A DNA stretch of 64,000 nt from contig JANMCN010000133.1 in assembly GCA_031361295.1 (NCBI GenBank), positions 8,443-72,442 on the forward strand. Reading direction: 5' to 3'. The position numbers were made by a program, and so were the translations under genes. Origin of the DNA: Acidobacteriota bacterium. GTDB lineage: Bacteria; Acidobacteriota; Vicinamibacteria; Vicinamibacterales; 2-12-FULL-66-21. Positions within the stretch are counted from its first letter, which is position 1; each line of letters begins with the position of its first letter. Positions 28,200-38,742 of this stretch are shown here, piece after piece. The notes under the pieces were generated by a model. The model saw only the letters and a program-made list of their open reading frames with translations. It searched no databases and was not told the origin of the DNA.

Positions 28200-30266
28200 A
28201 TGACCCCGCGGGCAACAACGTTCAGGCCGGCGCTGGCCGCCTTCATCATCGTGATACTCGTGGCTGCCCCGCAGGCCCGGCAGGCGCAACAGCCGCCGCA
28301 GTTTGCGCCGGCCGCCGCGGCCGCGCCAGGCGCGGGGTCGCGCATGTCCGCCGCGGGCACGACCGACATCGACCTGCTGGTCGGCCGCTCCACGGTCGTC
28401 AACGTGGGGTCCCCGATCGCGCGGGTGTCGCTGACCGTGCCGGACATCGCCGACGCGATGGTCACGGCGCCCGGGCAGCTGCTCATCCACGGCAAGGCGC
28501 CAGGGACCATTTCACTCTTCGTGTGGGATCGCGGCGGGGCAATCACCACGTACGAAGTGAAGGTACGGCGCGACCTGAGCGCGCTCGTCGAGCAGGTCAA
28601 GCAGCTGTTCCCCGGTGAGCCCATCAGCATCATCGGCAGCGGCAAGGACGTCGTGATCTCCGGCACGGTCTCGAGCCAGTACGTCGTGGACAAGGCGGCG
28701 AACGTCGCGGCCGGCTACGTCGACAAGGCCGACAACGTCGTCAACCTGCTGAAGCAGCAGGAGGGCGTCGCCTCGAACCAGGTCATGCTGCGCGTGCGCT
28801 TTGCAGAGGTCAGCCGGACCGCGATGACGGAACTGGGCGCATCGGTGTTCACGGGCCCCGGGGGCTTCCATGATTACGTCGCACGCTCGACCACGCAGCA
28901 GTTCGGCGCCCCCGACTTTGAAATGACCCGCGGATCGGTGCAGGGCGCGAACAAGTTCGGCGGGGGCCGGGACACGGTCGAGACCACGGGCGGCAAGCAG
29001 ACCTTCAGCGACTTCCTGAACCTGTTCGTCTTCAACAACAAGTACAACGTCGGCACGGTCGTCAAGGCGCTTCAGGACAAGGGGCTGTTCCAGAGCCTGG
29101 CGGAGCCGAATCTCATTGCCACCAACGGCAAGGAAGCGAGCTTCCTGGCCGGCGGAGAGTTTCCGATTCCGGTCGTGCAGGGCGGCGCCGGCGGCGGCAA
29201 CTCCGTGACGGTGCAGTTCAAGGAATTCGGCGTTCGCCTGAGCTTCACGCCGACCGTACTCGGCGGCGACCTCATCAACCTCAAGGTGAAGCCCGAGGTA
29301 AGCGCCCTCGATTTCGGGAACGCCGTCACGGTCAACGGATTCCGCATTCCGGCGTTGACGACGCGCCGTACTGACACCGAGGTGGAGCTGCGGGACGGGC
29401 AGACGTTTGCGATCGCCGGCCTGCTGAACAACACCGTCACCGACTCGATGCGCAAGATCCCCGGCATCGGCGACATTCCGGTTCTCGGCTGGCTGTTCAA
29501 GAGCAAGTCGCTCCAGAAGAACCAGACCGAGCTGGTGGTCATGATCACGCCGGTCATCATCAGGCGCGGGCAGATGGGGGTGTCGGAAGGGCTGCCGTCG
29601 CTCGTCGAGCCGTATCTCGGCGCGCCGGCCAAGACCTATCCCAATACCCAGCCGTACGTCGGATCGCCGCGGAACCCCACGACCGCGCCGGCTCCGAAGA
29701 GCGGGGCGGCGAGCGGATCCTCCGACAAGGCTCCCGCTCCGACGCCGGCCGCGAAGGCGGCGCCCGTGCAGGCGGCGAAGCCTGTGACGCGTCCGATCGA
29801 ATCATCGAAGCCGCTGCCGCTGGCGTCTGTGCCCTCGGGTGCTGCGAGCGCGCCTGCGGCGACGGCGCCCGCGCCGGTCAAGCACGCGGCGGCACCCGCG
29901 GCGAAGCCCGCGGCCGTCCCGGCTCCGAAGGTGGACACCAAGGCCCTGGCGCAGAAACGCGAAGCCGACAAGAAGGCCGCCGAAGCTGTCGCCAAGCTGA
30001 AAGCTGCCGACGACCTGCGCAAGGCCGAGGAGGAGCGCGTCGCCAGGAAGAAAACGGACGAGGACAAGCGCGCCGCCGAGAAACTCGCCAAGGAGCGCGC
30101 GCTCCGCGAGGCGGACGTGGCGAAGCGGAACGCCGAAGTGGCCCGCCGCAAGGCCGAAGAAGACCAGCGCCGCGATCGCTCGCTCGCCGACGCGGCGGCC
30201 CGCCTGAAGGCGGCGCAGGATGCCTACCAGGCCGAGGTCGACAAGACGAAGGGCTCCGAGAAATGA
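28200..30266 (+). CDS. cpaC: Tad secretin CpaC/RcpA with long Pro/Ala- and Lys/Glu-rich tail
   Basis: QVMLRVRFAEV, LAEPNL, ASFLAGGEFP, IPGIGDIPVLGWLF, ELVVMITP. Confidence 0.92.
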   Translation: MTPRATTFRPALAAFIIVILVAAPQARQAQQPPQFAPAAAAAPGAGSRMSAAGTTDIDLLVGRSTVVNVGSPIARVSLTVPDIADAMVTAPGQLLIHGKAPGTISLFVWDRGGAITTYEVKVRRDLSALVEQVKQLFPGEPISIIGSGKDVVISGTVSSQYVVDKAANVAAGYVDKADNVVNLLKQQEGVASNQVMLRVRFAEVSRTAMTELGASVFTGPGGFHDYVARSTTQQFGAPDFEMTRGSVQGANKFGGGRDTVETTGGKQTFSDFLNLFVFNNKYNVGTVVKALQDKGLFQSLAEPNLIATNGKEASFLAGGEFPIPVVQGGAGGGNSVTVQFKEFGVRLSFTPTVLGGDLINLKVKPEVSALDFGNAVTVNGFRIPALTTRRTDTEVELRDGQTFAIAGLLNNTVTDSMRKIPGIGDIPVLGWLFKSKSLQKNQTELVVMITPVIIRRGQMGVSEGLPSLVEPYLGAPAKTYPNTQPYVGSPRNPTTAPAPKSGAASGSSDKAPAPTPAAKAAPVQAAKPVTRPIESSKPLPLASVPSGAASAPAATAPAPVKHAAAPAAKPAAVPAPKVDTKALAQKREADKKAAEAVAKLKAADDLRKAEEERVARKKTDEDKRAAEKLAKERALREADVAKRNAEVARRKAEEDQRRDRSLADAAARLKAAQDAYQAEVDKTKGSEK

Positions 30267-30318
30267 AGAAGCTGACCTGGGGCGGCTAATTGACGTTCAA
30301 CCCGAACCGGAGAGCGCA

Positions 30319-31491
30319 ATGAAGAGACTCACACGGCTCCGTCGAGACGAATCGGGGATGACCTACGTGTTCGTGGGGCTGAGCCTGATGGCGCTCATGA
30401 GCGCGAGCATGCTCGCCATCGACGTCGGCATGTTGATGACGGCGCGCACCCAGGCGCAGAACGCCGCTGACGCGGGCGCGCTCGCGGGCGCGACGGCGCT
30501 GGTGTACGACAACTGGGACGACCGCACGGCCACCGGGCCAGCGGTCACCAGCGCCCTGTCGGCGGCGACGTCGAACAACGTGATGGGCGCGCAGGTCTCG
30601 GTGAACAGCGGGGACGTGCAGTTCTCGAACGACCCGAATACGGGCAGCCCCGACCGCGTGAAAGTGACGGTCTGGCGGGCGGCACAGCGGGGCAATCCCG
30701 TCTCGACGCTCATCGCGCGCTATTTCGGCACCGACACCGCGAACATCGGCGCGTCCGCGATGGCTGAGGCTGCGCCGGCGAACGCGATGACCTGCGTGAA
30801 GCCGTTCACGATTCCCGACAAGTGGATCGAAAAGCAGACGCCCCCATACGACGCGACCGACACGTACGACGCCTACAACAACAAGGGCGTTCCCCTGGCG
30901 AATCCCGACATCTACATTCCTGCGTATGACGCGAACGGGACCCCCGATCCCAGCTACACCGGGTACAACAACGAGCGCGAACGCGGCACGCGGCTGACGA
31001 TCCGGGCGAGCACGGGCAGCAACATCGCACCCAGCATGTACTTCTCGCTCGCGATGCTCGACAACACCGGGGGCGACGACTACCGGTGGAACATCGCGAA
31101 CTGCAACACACACGTCTACAAATGGGGCGACGGGCTGGTCCAGGAGCCTGGCGACATGACCGGTCCGACCGCCCAGGGCGTCGCGGACCTCATCGCGAGA
31201 GACCCGAACGCGTACTGGAATGCCTCGACCAACGGCGTGTCCAACAGCGCCTTCGGGAACCACAGCCCCAGAATTTTTCCGATTCCGCTGTATGACCCGA
31301 TTTACTACGACTCCGGAAAGCGGAACGGCCGGACCGCAACGCTGAAGACGGCGAACTGGATCGGGTTCTTCATCGAAGACGTCGCGGGCAAGGACGTCAT
31401 CGGCCGCATCATTCCCGTCGCCGGCATTCGTGACAAGAACGGTCCTGCACCGAATGCGGCGCTTCCGAAGACGATCCGGCTGATTCAGTAA
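30319..31491 (+). CDS. tadG: TadG-like pilus-associated protein
   Basis: ESG leader; AIDVG...AQNAADAGALAGA Tad N-terminal motif; RBS GGAGAG. Confidence 0.85.
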   Translation: MKRLTRLRRDESGMTYVFVGLSLMALMSASMLAIDVGMLMTARTQAQNAADAGALAGATALVYDNWDDRTATGPAVTSALSAATSNNVMGAQVSVNSGDVQFSNDPNTGSPDRVKVTVWRAAQRGNPVSTLIARYFGTDTANIGASAMAEAAPANAMTCVKPFTIPDKWIEKQTPPYDATDTYDAYNNKGVPLANPDIYIPAYDANGTPDPSYTGYNNERERGTRLTIRASTGSNIAPSMYFSLAMLDNTGGDDYRWNIANCNTHVYKWGDGLVQEPGDMTGPTAQGVADLIARDPNAYWNASTNGVSNSAFGNHSPRIFPIPLYDPIYYDSGKRNGRTATLKTANWIGFFIEDVAGKDVIGRIIPVAGIRDKNGPAPNAALPKTIRLIQ

Positions 31492-31500
31492 CCGATACCC

Positions 31501-32691
31501 ATGGCACAGCTCGCAGCATCCATCATCAGTCACGACGACGAGTTCAAACGGCAGCTGGCGGCGATGCTGCGGGCGTGCGGGGTTCCGGTCGGGATCGTCG
31601 AGGAGCGTCGAAGCGGCGCGGAGTCGGCCGGCCCTGACCTCGTCGTCGTCGACATCCGCGGCGACGCCTCGTCCGGCATGGCGGCGATCGAGCGGATGCG
31701 GGCGGGGCACCCCGGTGTCGCGCTCTTCGCTGTCGCGGCGGCGTCCGAGCCCGAGCTGATCCTCCAGGCGATGCGCGCCGGCGCGAACGAGTTCTTCCCG
31801 TGGACGGGGGGCGGCGCGACGCAGGCGTCGCGCGCCATGGAGGAGTCCTTCCACAGCGCCGTCCGGCGGACGGCGGCGCGGCGCGAGGCGGTCACCGCGG
31901 GCGCGCGTCAGCCGTGCGTGACGCACGTGTTCCTGGGCGCCAAGGGCGGCTCGGGCACGACGACCGTCGCGGTGAACTGCGCGGTCGAGCTCGCCAGACT
32001 GACGAAGCGGCCGACGGCGATCCTGGATCTCAAGCCGTGCCTGGGCGAAGTCGCGCTGTTCCTGGGCGTCCGTCCGCGGTTCACGGTGCTCGACGCGATC
32101 GAGAATCTGCACCGGCTGGACCGCGACTTCCTCAGTGAGCTCATGTCGCGCCACAAGTCGGGCCTCGACATCCTCGCCGCGTCCGAACAGTTCGACCGGC
32201 CGAACGCGCAGGACGCCGGCGCGATCGAGGAACTGCTCCGGGTCCTCGCGCGGCTCTACGACTACATCGTGATCGACGCCGGCAACATGATCAATTCGTG
32301 CGCGGTCGCGGCGCTCTATGCCGCGGACACGATCTTCCTGGTCACGAACCCCGACGTGCCGTCGATCCGCAACTCGCAGCGGCTCGTCGATCGCGTCCGG
32401 CAGCTCGGCGCGGGCAGCGAGCGCGTCAAGATCCTGCTTAACCGCGTGTCGGATCAGCATCTGATCGCCCCCAAGCAGATCGAGACCGCGCTCGGGTCCG
32501 GCATCCATCACACGTTCTCGAGCGACTACCGCACCGTGTCGACCGCACTCAACTCGGGCGTTCCACTCTCGCTGACGAACAACTCGGAAATCGCGATGCA
32601 GTTCGGCAGCTTCACGCGTCAGCTCCTCGGACTTCAGGAAGACGTGAAGCCAGAGCCTGAGAAACGCAAAGCATTCCTCGGGATCCTCTGA
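31501..32691 (+). CDS. cpaE: CpaE/TadZ (receiver plus MinD-like ATPase)
   Basis: AMRAGANEF receiver; deviant Walker A KGGSGTTT. Confidence 0.9.
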   Translation: MAQLAASIISHDDEFKRQLAAMLRACGVPVGIVEERRSGAESAGPDLVVVDIRGDASSGMAAIERMRAGHPGVALFAVAAASEPELILQAMRAGANEFFPWTGGGATQASRAMEESFHSAVRRTAARREAVTAGARQPCVTHVFLGAKGGSGTTTVAVNCAVELARLTKRPTAILDLKPCLGEVALFLGVRPRFTVLDAIENLHRLDRDFLSELMSRHKSGLDILAASEQFDRPNAQDAGAIEELLRVLARLYDYIVIDAGNMINSCAVAALYAADTIFLVTNPDVPSIRNSQRLVDRVRQLGAGSERVKILLNRVSDQHLIAPKQIETALGSGIHHTFSSDYRTVSTALNSGVPLSLTNNSEIAMQFGSFTRQLLGLQEDVKPEPEKRKAFLGIL

Positions 32692-32706
32692 TCGGAACCA
32701 ATTACC

Positions 32707-34050
32707 ATGACCCTGTCGATTACTCCTTCACAGGCGCCCGGCGCACCAGCCCGCCCCGCGCGGGTCGAGGCGCCGAGACCGCAGTATCTCGAGCTCAAGG
32801 CCAACGTCCACCGGAAGCTGCTCAACCGGCTGAACCTCGAAGCGCTGGCCTCCGCGGAGCGGCCCAGGGCCGAAGCCGAGATCCGGACGCTGCTCTTCGA
32901 ATTGATTTCCGAAGAAGGCATGCCGCTCACGATGACCGAGCGTGAAGGCATCCTGAGCGACGTCATCGACGAGGTATTCGGCCTGGGACCCCTCGAGCCC
33001 CTGCTGCGCGACCCGGGTGTCAGCGACATCCTGGTGAACACCTACAAGCAGGTGTACGTCGAGCGCGCCGGCAAGCTCGAGCGGCTGCCGACGACGTTCC
33101 AGAGCGACAAGCACCTGATGCGCGTGATCGACCGCATCGTCAGCGGCGTCGGGCGCCGGGTCGACGACAGCTCGCCGATGGTCGACGCGCGCCTCCCCGA
33201 CGGGTCCCGCGTCAACGCCATCATTCCACCGCTCGCCGTCGACGGGCCCCTGCTCTCGATCCGCCGCTTTCCTGCGGAGCGGCTCAAGGCCGAGGATCTC
33301 GTCACGATCAAGTCCATGACACGGCCGATGCTCGAGTTCCTCGAGCACTGCGTGCGTGCGCGGCTGAACATGCTCATCAGCGGCGGCACCGGCGCCGGCA
33401 AGACCACGCTGCTCAACGTGCTCTCGAGCTTCATCTCCGAACGCGAACGCATCGTGACGATCGAAGACGCGGCCGAGCTGCAGCTGCACCAGGAGCACGT
33501 GGCCCGGCTCGAGACGCGTCCGCCGAACGTCGAGGGCAAGGGTGCCGTGCGCCAGCGACAGCTGCTCATCAACGCCCTTCGTATGCGTCCCGACCGCATC
33601 GTCGTCGGTGAGACACGAGGCGAAGAGGCGCTCGACATGCTCCAGGCCATGAACACCGGCCACGACGGCTCGCTCACGACGACCCACGCCAACACGCCGC
33701 GCGACGCCCTGACGCGCATCGAGACGATGATCGCGATGGGGGCGACGAACCTGCCGGAGCGCGCGATGCGGCAGCAGATTGCGGCCGCGATTCAGATCGT
33801 GATCCAGCAGTCGCGCATGAGCGACGGCACGAGGAAGGTGACGAGCATCTCCGAGATCACCGGCATGGAGGGCGACGTCATCACCATGCAGGAGATCTTC
33901 TGCTTCGAGAAGCTCGGGATCACGCAGGACGGCAAGGTGATCGGGCGCTTCCGGGCCACGGGCGTCCGCCCGAAGGTGTGCGAGCGGCTGAAGGCCTCGG
34001 GGATCCATCTGCCGCCCGACATGTTCGAAGGCGTGACGGAGGTGCGGTAA
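32707..34050 (+). CDS. cpaF: Tad secretion ATPase CpaF/TadA
   Basis: [30 protein letters not shown]. Confidence 0.96.
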   Translation: MTLSITPSQAPGAPARPARVEAPRPQYLELKANVHRKLLNRLNLEALASAERPRAEAEIRTLLFELISEEGMPLTMTEREGILSDVIDEVFGLGPLEPLLRDPGVSDILVNTYKQVYVERAGKLERLPTTFQSDKHLMRVIDRIVSGVGRRVDDSSPMVDARLPDGSRVNAIIPPLAVDGPLLSIRRFPAERLKAEDLVTIKSMTRPMLEFLEHCVRARLNMLISGGTGAGKTTLLNVLSSFISERERIVTIEDAAELQLHQEHVARLETRPPNVEGKGAVRQRQLLINALRMRPDRIVVGETRGEEALDMLQAMNTGHDGSLTTTHANTPRDALTRIETMIAMGATNLPERAMRQQIAAAIQIVIQQSRMSDGTRKVTSISEITGMEGDVITMQEIFCFEKLGITQDGKVIGRFRATGVRPKVCERLKASGIHLPPDMFEGVTEVR

Positions 34051-35034
34051 ATGGCCGCCGCGATTCTCGTCCTGCTCGTATTCGGATTCGGCGTCGCGCT
34101 GGTGATGGGCCTGTACTTCGGCGCGACGAAGCTGCCGGGCATGCTCGAGCAGCGCAAGGTGGACGCGCGCCTGCTGGAGGTGTCGCAGCCGCTCGTCGAC
34201 GAGCCGGCTCCGGGCAGCCTCAAGATGCTGGTCAAGGCGCGCCACGAAGGGCCCGTCCCTGGGCTCGATCGCATGGTCGCCGAGTCCGCAAGACTCTCGG
34301 GCATCGGCGCCTGGCTGGAGCAGTCCGGTCTCAAGGTGAGTGTCAGCGGCGTCCTGATCATCGCGCTTGCGAGCGCCGGGCTGGTCGGCCTGGTCGCCGC
34401 GCTGGTGACGCGCGCGCCCGTCGCGCTGCCGCTTGGGGCCGCGGTCGGGTTCGCGGCGCCGTTCCTGTTCCTGAAGGTGAAGCGCTCGCGCCGGCTGCGG
34501 GTGTTCGAGGAGCAGTTCCCGGAAGCGCTCGACATGATCGCCCGGGCGCTCAAGGCCGGCCACGCCTTCGCGACGGGGCTGAAGATGGCCGCCGACGAAC
34601 TGCCCGAACCCGTCGGACCGGAGTTCCGCAAGACCTTCGACGAGCAGAACTTCGGCCTGCCGCTGAAGGACTCGCTCGACAACCTGGCCAAGCGGATTCC
34701 CATTCTCGACGTGCGGTTTTTCGCGACCGCCGTGCTGATCCAGCGGGAGACGGGCGGCAACCTCTCGGAGATCCTGGAAAACCTCGGCCACGTCGTGCGG
34801 GAGCGATTCAAGATTCTCCGGCAGGTGCGCGTCTATACCGCACACGGCCGGTTCACGGGGTACGTCCTGCTGGCCCTGCCGGCATTCCTGGGCATCGCCC
34901 TGTCGTTCATCAACCCGGACCACATGAACATGCTGTTCCGCGAACGCATGGGGCAGATGATGCTGCTCGGCGCGCTCGTGATGCAGGCGATCGGGTTCCT
35001 GTGGATCAAGCACGTCATCAAGATCGAGGTGTAG
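34051..35034 (+). CDS. tadB: TadB inner-membrane platform protein
   Basis: QFPEALD, ALKAGH, IQRETGGNL. Confidence 0.92.
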   Translation: MAAAILVLLVFGFGVALVMGLYFGATKLPGMLEQRKVDARLLEVSQPLVDEPAPGSLKMLVKARHEGPVPGLDRMVAESARLSGIGAWLEQSGLKVSVSGVLIIALASAGLVGLVAALVTRAPVALPLGAAVGFAAPFLFLKVKRSRRLRVFEEQFPEALDMIARALKAGHAFATGLKMAADELPEPVGPEFRKTFDEQNFGLPLKDSLDNLAKRIPILDVRFFATAVLIQRETGGNLSEILENLGHVVRERFKILRQVRVYTAHGRFTGYVLLALPAFLGIALSFINPDHMNMLFRERMGQMMLLGALVMQAIGFLWIKHVIKIEV

Positions 35035-35035
35035 T

Positions 35036-35953
35036 GTGGCGATGCTCCTGCCCCTGCTGGCATTCGTGTTCGGATCTCTCATAATCGCCGCCGCGGCCAT
35101 CGCGATGATGCCGAAGCCGGCGACGAGCATCGATCGACGGATCGAGGAGCTCAGCGCCGCGCGCGCCACCGACGCGGACGCGCGGCCGCGATTCGACTCG
35201 ATGGTCGCGTTCTTCAAGCGGGTGGGGGAGAAGGCTCCGCGCTCCGCGAAGGAGCTCGGATCGTTGAAGCTGCGGCTCGTTCAGGCGGGCTACCGCCGGC
35301 ACGAAGCCCTCACGATCTTCTTCGGCGTCCGCGTGGTGTTCGCGCTCGCGCTGTTCTCCCTGTTCTCGACGTCCGTGCTCTCGCGCCCGAACATGACCCT
35401 TGCGCTCGGCGGGCTGGGCTTCGGCTACGTGCTGCCCGGCATGATCCTCGCGCGCATGGCGAAGCGCCGCGCCCACCGGATCCGGCTCTCGCTCGCGGAC
35501 GCGCTCGATTTGCTCGTCGTCAGCGTCGAAGCCGGCCTTGGTCTCGACCAGGCGCTGTCGCGCGTCGGCATGGAGCTCGAATTCGCCTATCCCGAGCTGT
35601 CGGACGAGCTGCGGCTCATCAACCTGGAGCTGCGGGCCGGGAAGCCGCGGGCCGAAGCGCTGCGAAACCTCGCCGACCGCACGGGTGTCGACGACTTGAG
35701 TGCACTCGTGACGATGCTCATCCAGACGGACAAGTTCGGCACGAGCGTCGCGCAGTCGCTGCGCGTGTATTCCGAGACGCTGCGCACCAAGCGGCGCCAG
35801 CGGGCCGAGGAAGCCGCGGCGAAGACCGGCGTGAAGATGGTGTTCCCGCTCGTGTTCTGCATCTTCCCGGCGATCTGGATCGTGACGATTGGCCCCGCGG
35901 CCATCCGCTTCGTCACGGTGCTCTTCCCGCTCGTCGAGAACTCGCGCCGGTAA
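35036..35953 (+). CDS. tadC: TadC inner-membrane platform protein
   Basis: DALDLLVVSVEAGLG, AEEAAAK, KMVFPL. Confidence 0.92.
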   Translation: MAMLLPLLAFVFGSLIIAAAAIAMMPKPATSIDRRIEELSAARATDADARPRFDSMVAFFKRVGEKAPRSAKELGSLKLRLVQAGYRRHEALTIFFGVRVVFALALFSLFSTSVLSRPNMTLALGGLGFGYVLPGMILARMAKRRAHRIRLSLADALDLLVVSVEAGLGLDQALSRVGMELEFAYPELSDELRLINLELRAGKPRAEALRNLADRTGVDDLSALVTMLIQTDKFGTSVAQSLRVYSETLRTKRRQRAEEAAAKTGVKMVFPLVFCIFPAIWIVTIGPAAIRFVTVLFPLVENSRR

Positions 35954-35985
35954 CGGACCGGACCGGATCCCAAGGTGCTATCGCG

Positions 35986-36345
35986 ATGCTGATTGCCAGG
36001 AACCTCAAGAACGGTGTCGTCGTCGCGGATCGCGTCGGCGTCGCCGACACGCGCGCGACGCGCGCGGTCGGCCTGCTCTCCCGGCGGGGGCTCGAGTCCG
36101 GCGAAGCGCTGTGGATCGTGCCGAGCCGGGGCGTGCACACGTGCGGCATGCACTTCTCCATCGACGTGCTGGCGCTCGACGAGCGCGGCACGGTGATCGA
36201 CCGCGTCGTGAACATGAAGCCGTGGCGCATCCGGCTGCCGCGTCGGGGTACCGCCGGCGTTCTCGAGCTGCCCGCGGGCACGCTGGACGCGTCGGGGACG
36301 ACGCTCGGTGATCGTATCGAACTCAGCACCGCCGGCGTCGCGTGA
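35986..36345 (+). CDS. DUF192 family protein
   Basis: VADT..RAVGLL, VHTCGM, VLELPAG. Confidence 0.85.
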   Translation: MLIARNLKNGVVVADRVGVADTRATRAVGLLSRRGLESGEALWIVPSRGVHTCGMHFSIDVLALDERGTVIDRVVNMKPWRIRLPRRGTAGVLELPAGTLDASGTTLGDRIELSTAGVA

Positions 36346-36375
36346 GTGGATCCCAGTTGATCAAGGTTTTGACTG

Positions 36376-37710
36376 ATGAGCACCGCTACTGAAGCACCCC
36401 CGGTCCGCCGCGCCGCCGCCGCCCCGGAGCCGCCCCCGCCGCCCGCCACGCTGGAGGCGACGGGACTCAATCCGGACACGCTGTCGCAGCTGCTCCTGAA
36501 GAGCCTCATCGCGGGAGAAGCGAGCGGCACCGGGCTGGCCGACAAGCTGCGGCTGCCGTACTCGGTGCTCGAAACCCTGGTGGAGCATGCCCGCATCGAA
36601 AAGCTGATCGAGGTGCGCGGCGCGAGCGGCACGGGTACCGCCGCGTATCGCTACGTGCTCACCGATCTCGGGCGCGACCGCGCGAACCAGTTTCTCGACA
36701 TCTGCCGGTACGTCGGGGCTGCCCCGGTCCCGCTCGCACAGTACAACGCGTACGTGCGCGCCTGCATGTCGGCCCGGCCCTACCTGGACCGGGAGCGGCT
36801 GTCGCTCGGGTTCGAACACCTCGTGGTGAACAAGGGCATGTTCGATCAGCTCGGACCGGCCGTGAACTCGGGCAAGGCGCTGTTCCTGTACGGGGCGCCG
36901 GGCAACGGCAAGACCGTCGTCGCGGAGGGAATCGGACGGGCGCTGGGCGGCGAGATGTTCATCCCGTACGCCGTGGACGTGGACGGGCAGCAGATCACGA
37001 TGTTCGATCCCGTGAACCACCAGGTGGTCACGTCGGCCGCCGAGCACCAGAGCGTCATCACGACGGCGGTTCACGATCGCCGGTGGGAGCGGATCCGCCG
37101 CCCGGTCGTCGTCGTCGGCGGCGAGCTGACGCTCGAGATGCTCGATCTCACGTTCAACCCGATCTCGAAGTTCTACGAGGCGCCGATCCAGATGAAGGCC
37201 AACGGCGGCGTCTTCGTCGTGGACGACTTCGGGCGTCAGCGCATTCCGCCCCGGGACCTGCTGAACCGCTGGATCGTGCCGCTCGAGAGCCGCGTGGACT
37301 ACCTGACGCTCCACACCGGGCGGAAGTTCGAGGTGCCCTTCAACGTCTTCATCGTGTTCGCCACGAATCTGAAGCCGGAATCGCTGGCGGACGAGGCCTT
37401 CCTGCGCCGCATCCCGTACAAGATCCTGGCGCAGAACCCCACGATTGACGAGTACTGCCGCATTTTCGAACTCAATTGCCGGCGCCGGAATCTGCCGTTC
37501 GACGCGGTGATGGTCGAGTATCTCGAGCGGACCTACTACAAGCCCCGCGGGCTGCAGATGCGTGCGTGCCATCCGCGTGACCTGCTCGACCAGGTCGTCG
37601 ATATCTGCCGGTACCAGAACCGCGAGCCCGTCATCACGCGCGAGCTGCTGGACGCGGCGTGCGGCAGCTACTTCATCGAGGAAAGCGAGTCGCAGGGAGC
37701 GGGGGCATGA
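36376..37710 (+). CDS. Tad-associated AAA+ ATPase with N-terminal winged-helix-like region
   Basis: GAPGNGKT, VDDFGRQ, LLNRWIVPLE, AFLRRI, CHPRDL. Confidence 0.85.
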   Translation: MSTATEAPPVRRAAAAPEPPPPPATLEATGLNPDTLSQLLLKSLIAGEASGTGLADKLRLPYSVLETLVEHARIEKLIEVRGASGTGTAAYRYVLTDLGRDRANQFLDICRYVGAAPVPLAQYNAYVRACMSARPYLDRERLSLGFEHLVVNKGMFDQLGPAVNSGKALFLYGAPGNGKTVVAEGIGRALGGEMFIPYAVDVDGQQITMFDPVNHQVVTSAAEHQSVITTAVHDRRWERIRRPVVVVGGELTLEMLDLTFNPISKFYEAPIQMKANGGVFVVDDFGRQRIPPRDLLNRWIVPLESRVDYLTLHTGRKFEVPFNVFIVFATNLKPESLADEAFLRRIPYKILAQNPTIDEYCRIFELNCRRRNLPFDAVMVEYLERTYYKPRGLQMRACHPRDLLDQVVDICRYQNREPVITRELLDAACGSYFIEESESQGAGA

Positions 37711-38387
37711 AGCGTGTCGAGCTCACGTTCCCGGCGACGTTTGCCGCGGCGCCGCAGGCCGCCGCCGGGCTCGGCGCCCGTGCGGACCGTCTCGCCGACA
37801 TCACGGCGCGTGCCGGCGTCATCGTGCTGTTCTCGTTCATGGCGATGCGCCTCGGTGCCGACTTCTTCGCGACCGGCCGCGTCACCGGGCTCCTGCTGCT
37901 GCTCAGCGAGCTGCTCGTCGTCGTGATGACGGTCCGGCGCCGATCGGCGGCCGCCGTCGACCGCAGCGTGCAGGCGAGGATGCTCACGCTGGCGTCGATG
38001 CTCGGTCCGCCGCTGCTTCAGCCGGCGCACGTGATGTCCCTGGCGCCGGAGTCCACGACCGTGGCGTTGTCGGTCATCGGGCTTGCGGTCGTCATCACGG
38101 GAAAGATGACGCTCGGCCGCAGTTTCGGCCTCATTCCCGCGAATCGCGGCATCGTCTCGACGGGCCTCTACCGGCTCGTCCGCCACCCGATTTACCTCGG
38201 CTATCTGCTGACGCACTTCGCGTTCCTCGCGGCGAACCCGTCGCTCTGGAACATCGGGATCCTCCTTGCGGCTGACGCCGCGCTGCTCGCCCGCGCCGTG
38301 TGCGAAGAGAAGACGCTCGCCGCCGACCCCATGTATCAGGCGTACCGGGAGTCGGTCCGATGGAGGGTGTGTCCGGGGCTCTTTTGA
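37707..38387 (+). CDS. Isoprenylcysteine carboxyl methyltransferase (ICMT/PEMT) family membrane protein
   Basis: LGRSFG, GLYRLVRHPIY, EEKTL; ATGA overlap with the ATPase gene. Confidence 0.85.
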   Translation: MKRVELTFPATFAAAPQAAAGLGARADRLADITARAGVIVLFSFMAMRLGADFFATGRVTGLLLLLSELLVVVMTVRRRSAAAVDRSVQARMLTLASMLGPPLLQPAHVMSLAPESTTVALSVIGLAVVITGKMTLGRSFGLIPANRGIVSTGLYRLVRHPIYLGYLLTHFAFLAANPSLWNIGILLAADAALLARAVCEEKTLAADPMYQAYRESVRWRVCPGLF

Positions 38388-38451
38388 GCTGACTCGCTGT
38401 GGCCAACGGAGGCAGCGGCAGAGGCCACCGCCCACCCGCCGGCGCGCCGTG

Positions 38452-38742
38452 CTATCGGCCCCGCTCCGGATCGGGCGTGTGAAGGGTGGCGACCGTCGCC
38501 CCGAGATGAGACGCGGCATCGTCATGGAACGACGCGACGAGGGGATGCCGATCGAGAGCCGCCTGGACCCTGCCACGCTGGACGCCCGTGCCGCGTCCGT
38601 GAATCAACCGGACTTCCCGCAGACCCGCCGAGTGGGCCGCGTGAATGTACTCCTCGACGACCGACGTGATGTCCCGCGGATGGAACGCGTGGAGGTCGAG
38701 CGAGTCGTCGATGGGCACGCGGTGCGGAGGCTCGTCGGTCAC
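38452..38742 (-). CDS. Stand-alone Smr/MutS2 domain protein
   Basis: [15 protein letters not shown] motifs. Confidence 0.88.
   Translation of the reverse strand: MTDEPPHRVPIDDSLDLHAFHPRDITSVVEEYIHAAHSAGLREVRLIHGRGTGVQRGRVQAALDRHPLVASFHDDAASHLGATVATLHTPDPERGR

Noticed and set aside
30286-35217. Large antisense ORFs (741 and 829 aa) over the tad genes
   Set aside because: Typical stop-free antisense frames in high-GC DNA opposite well-supported genes.
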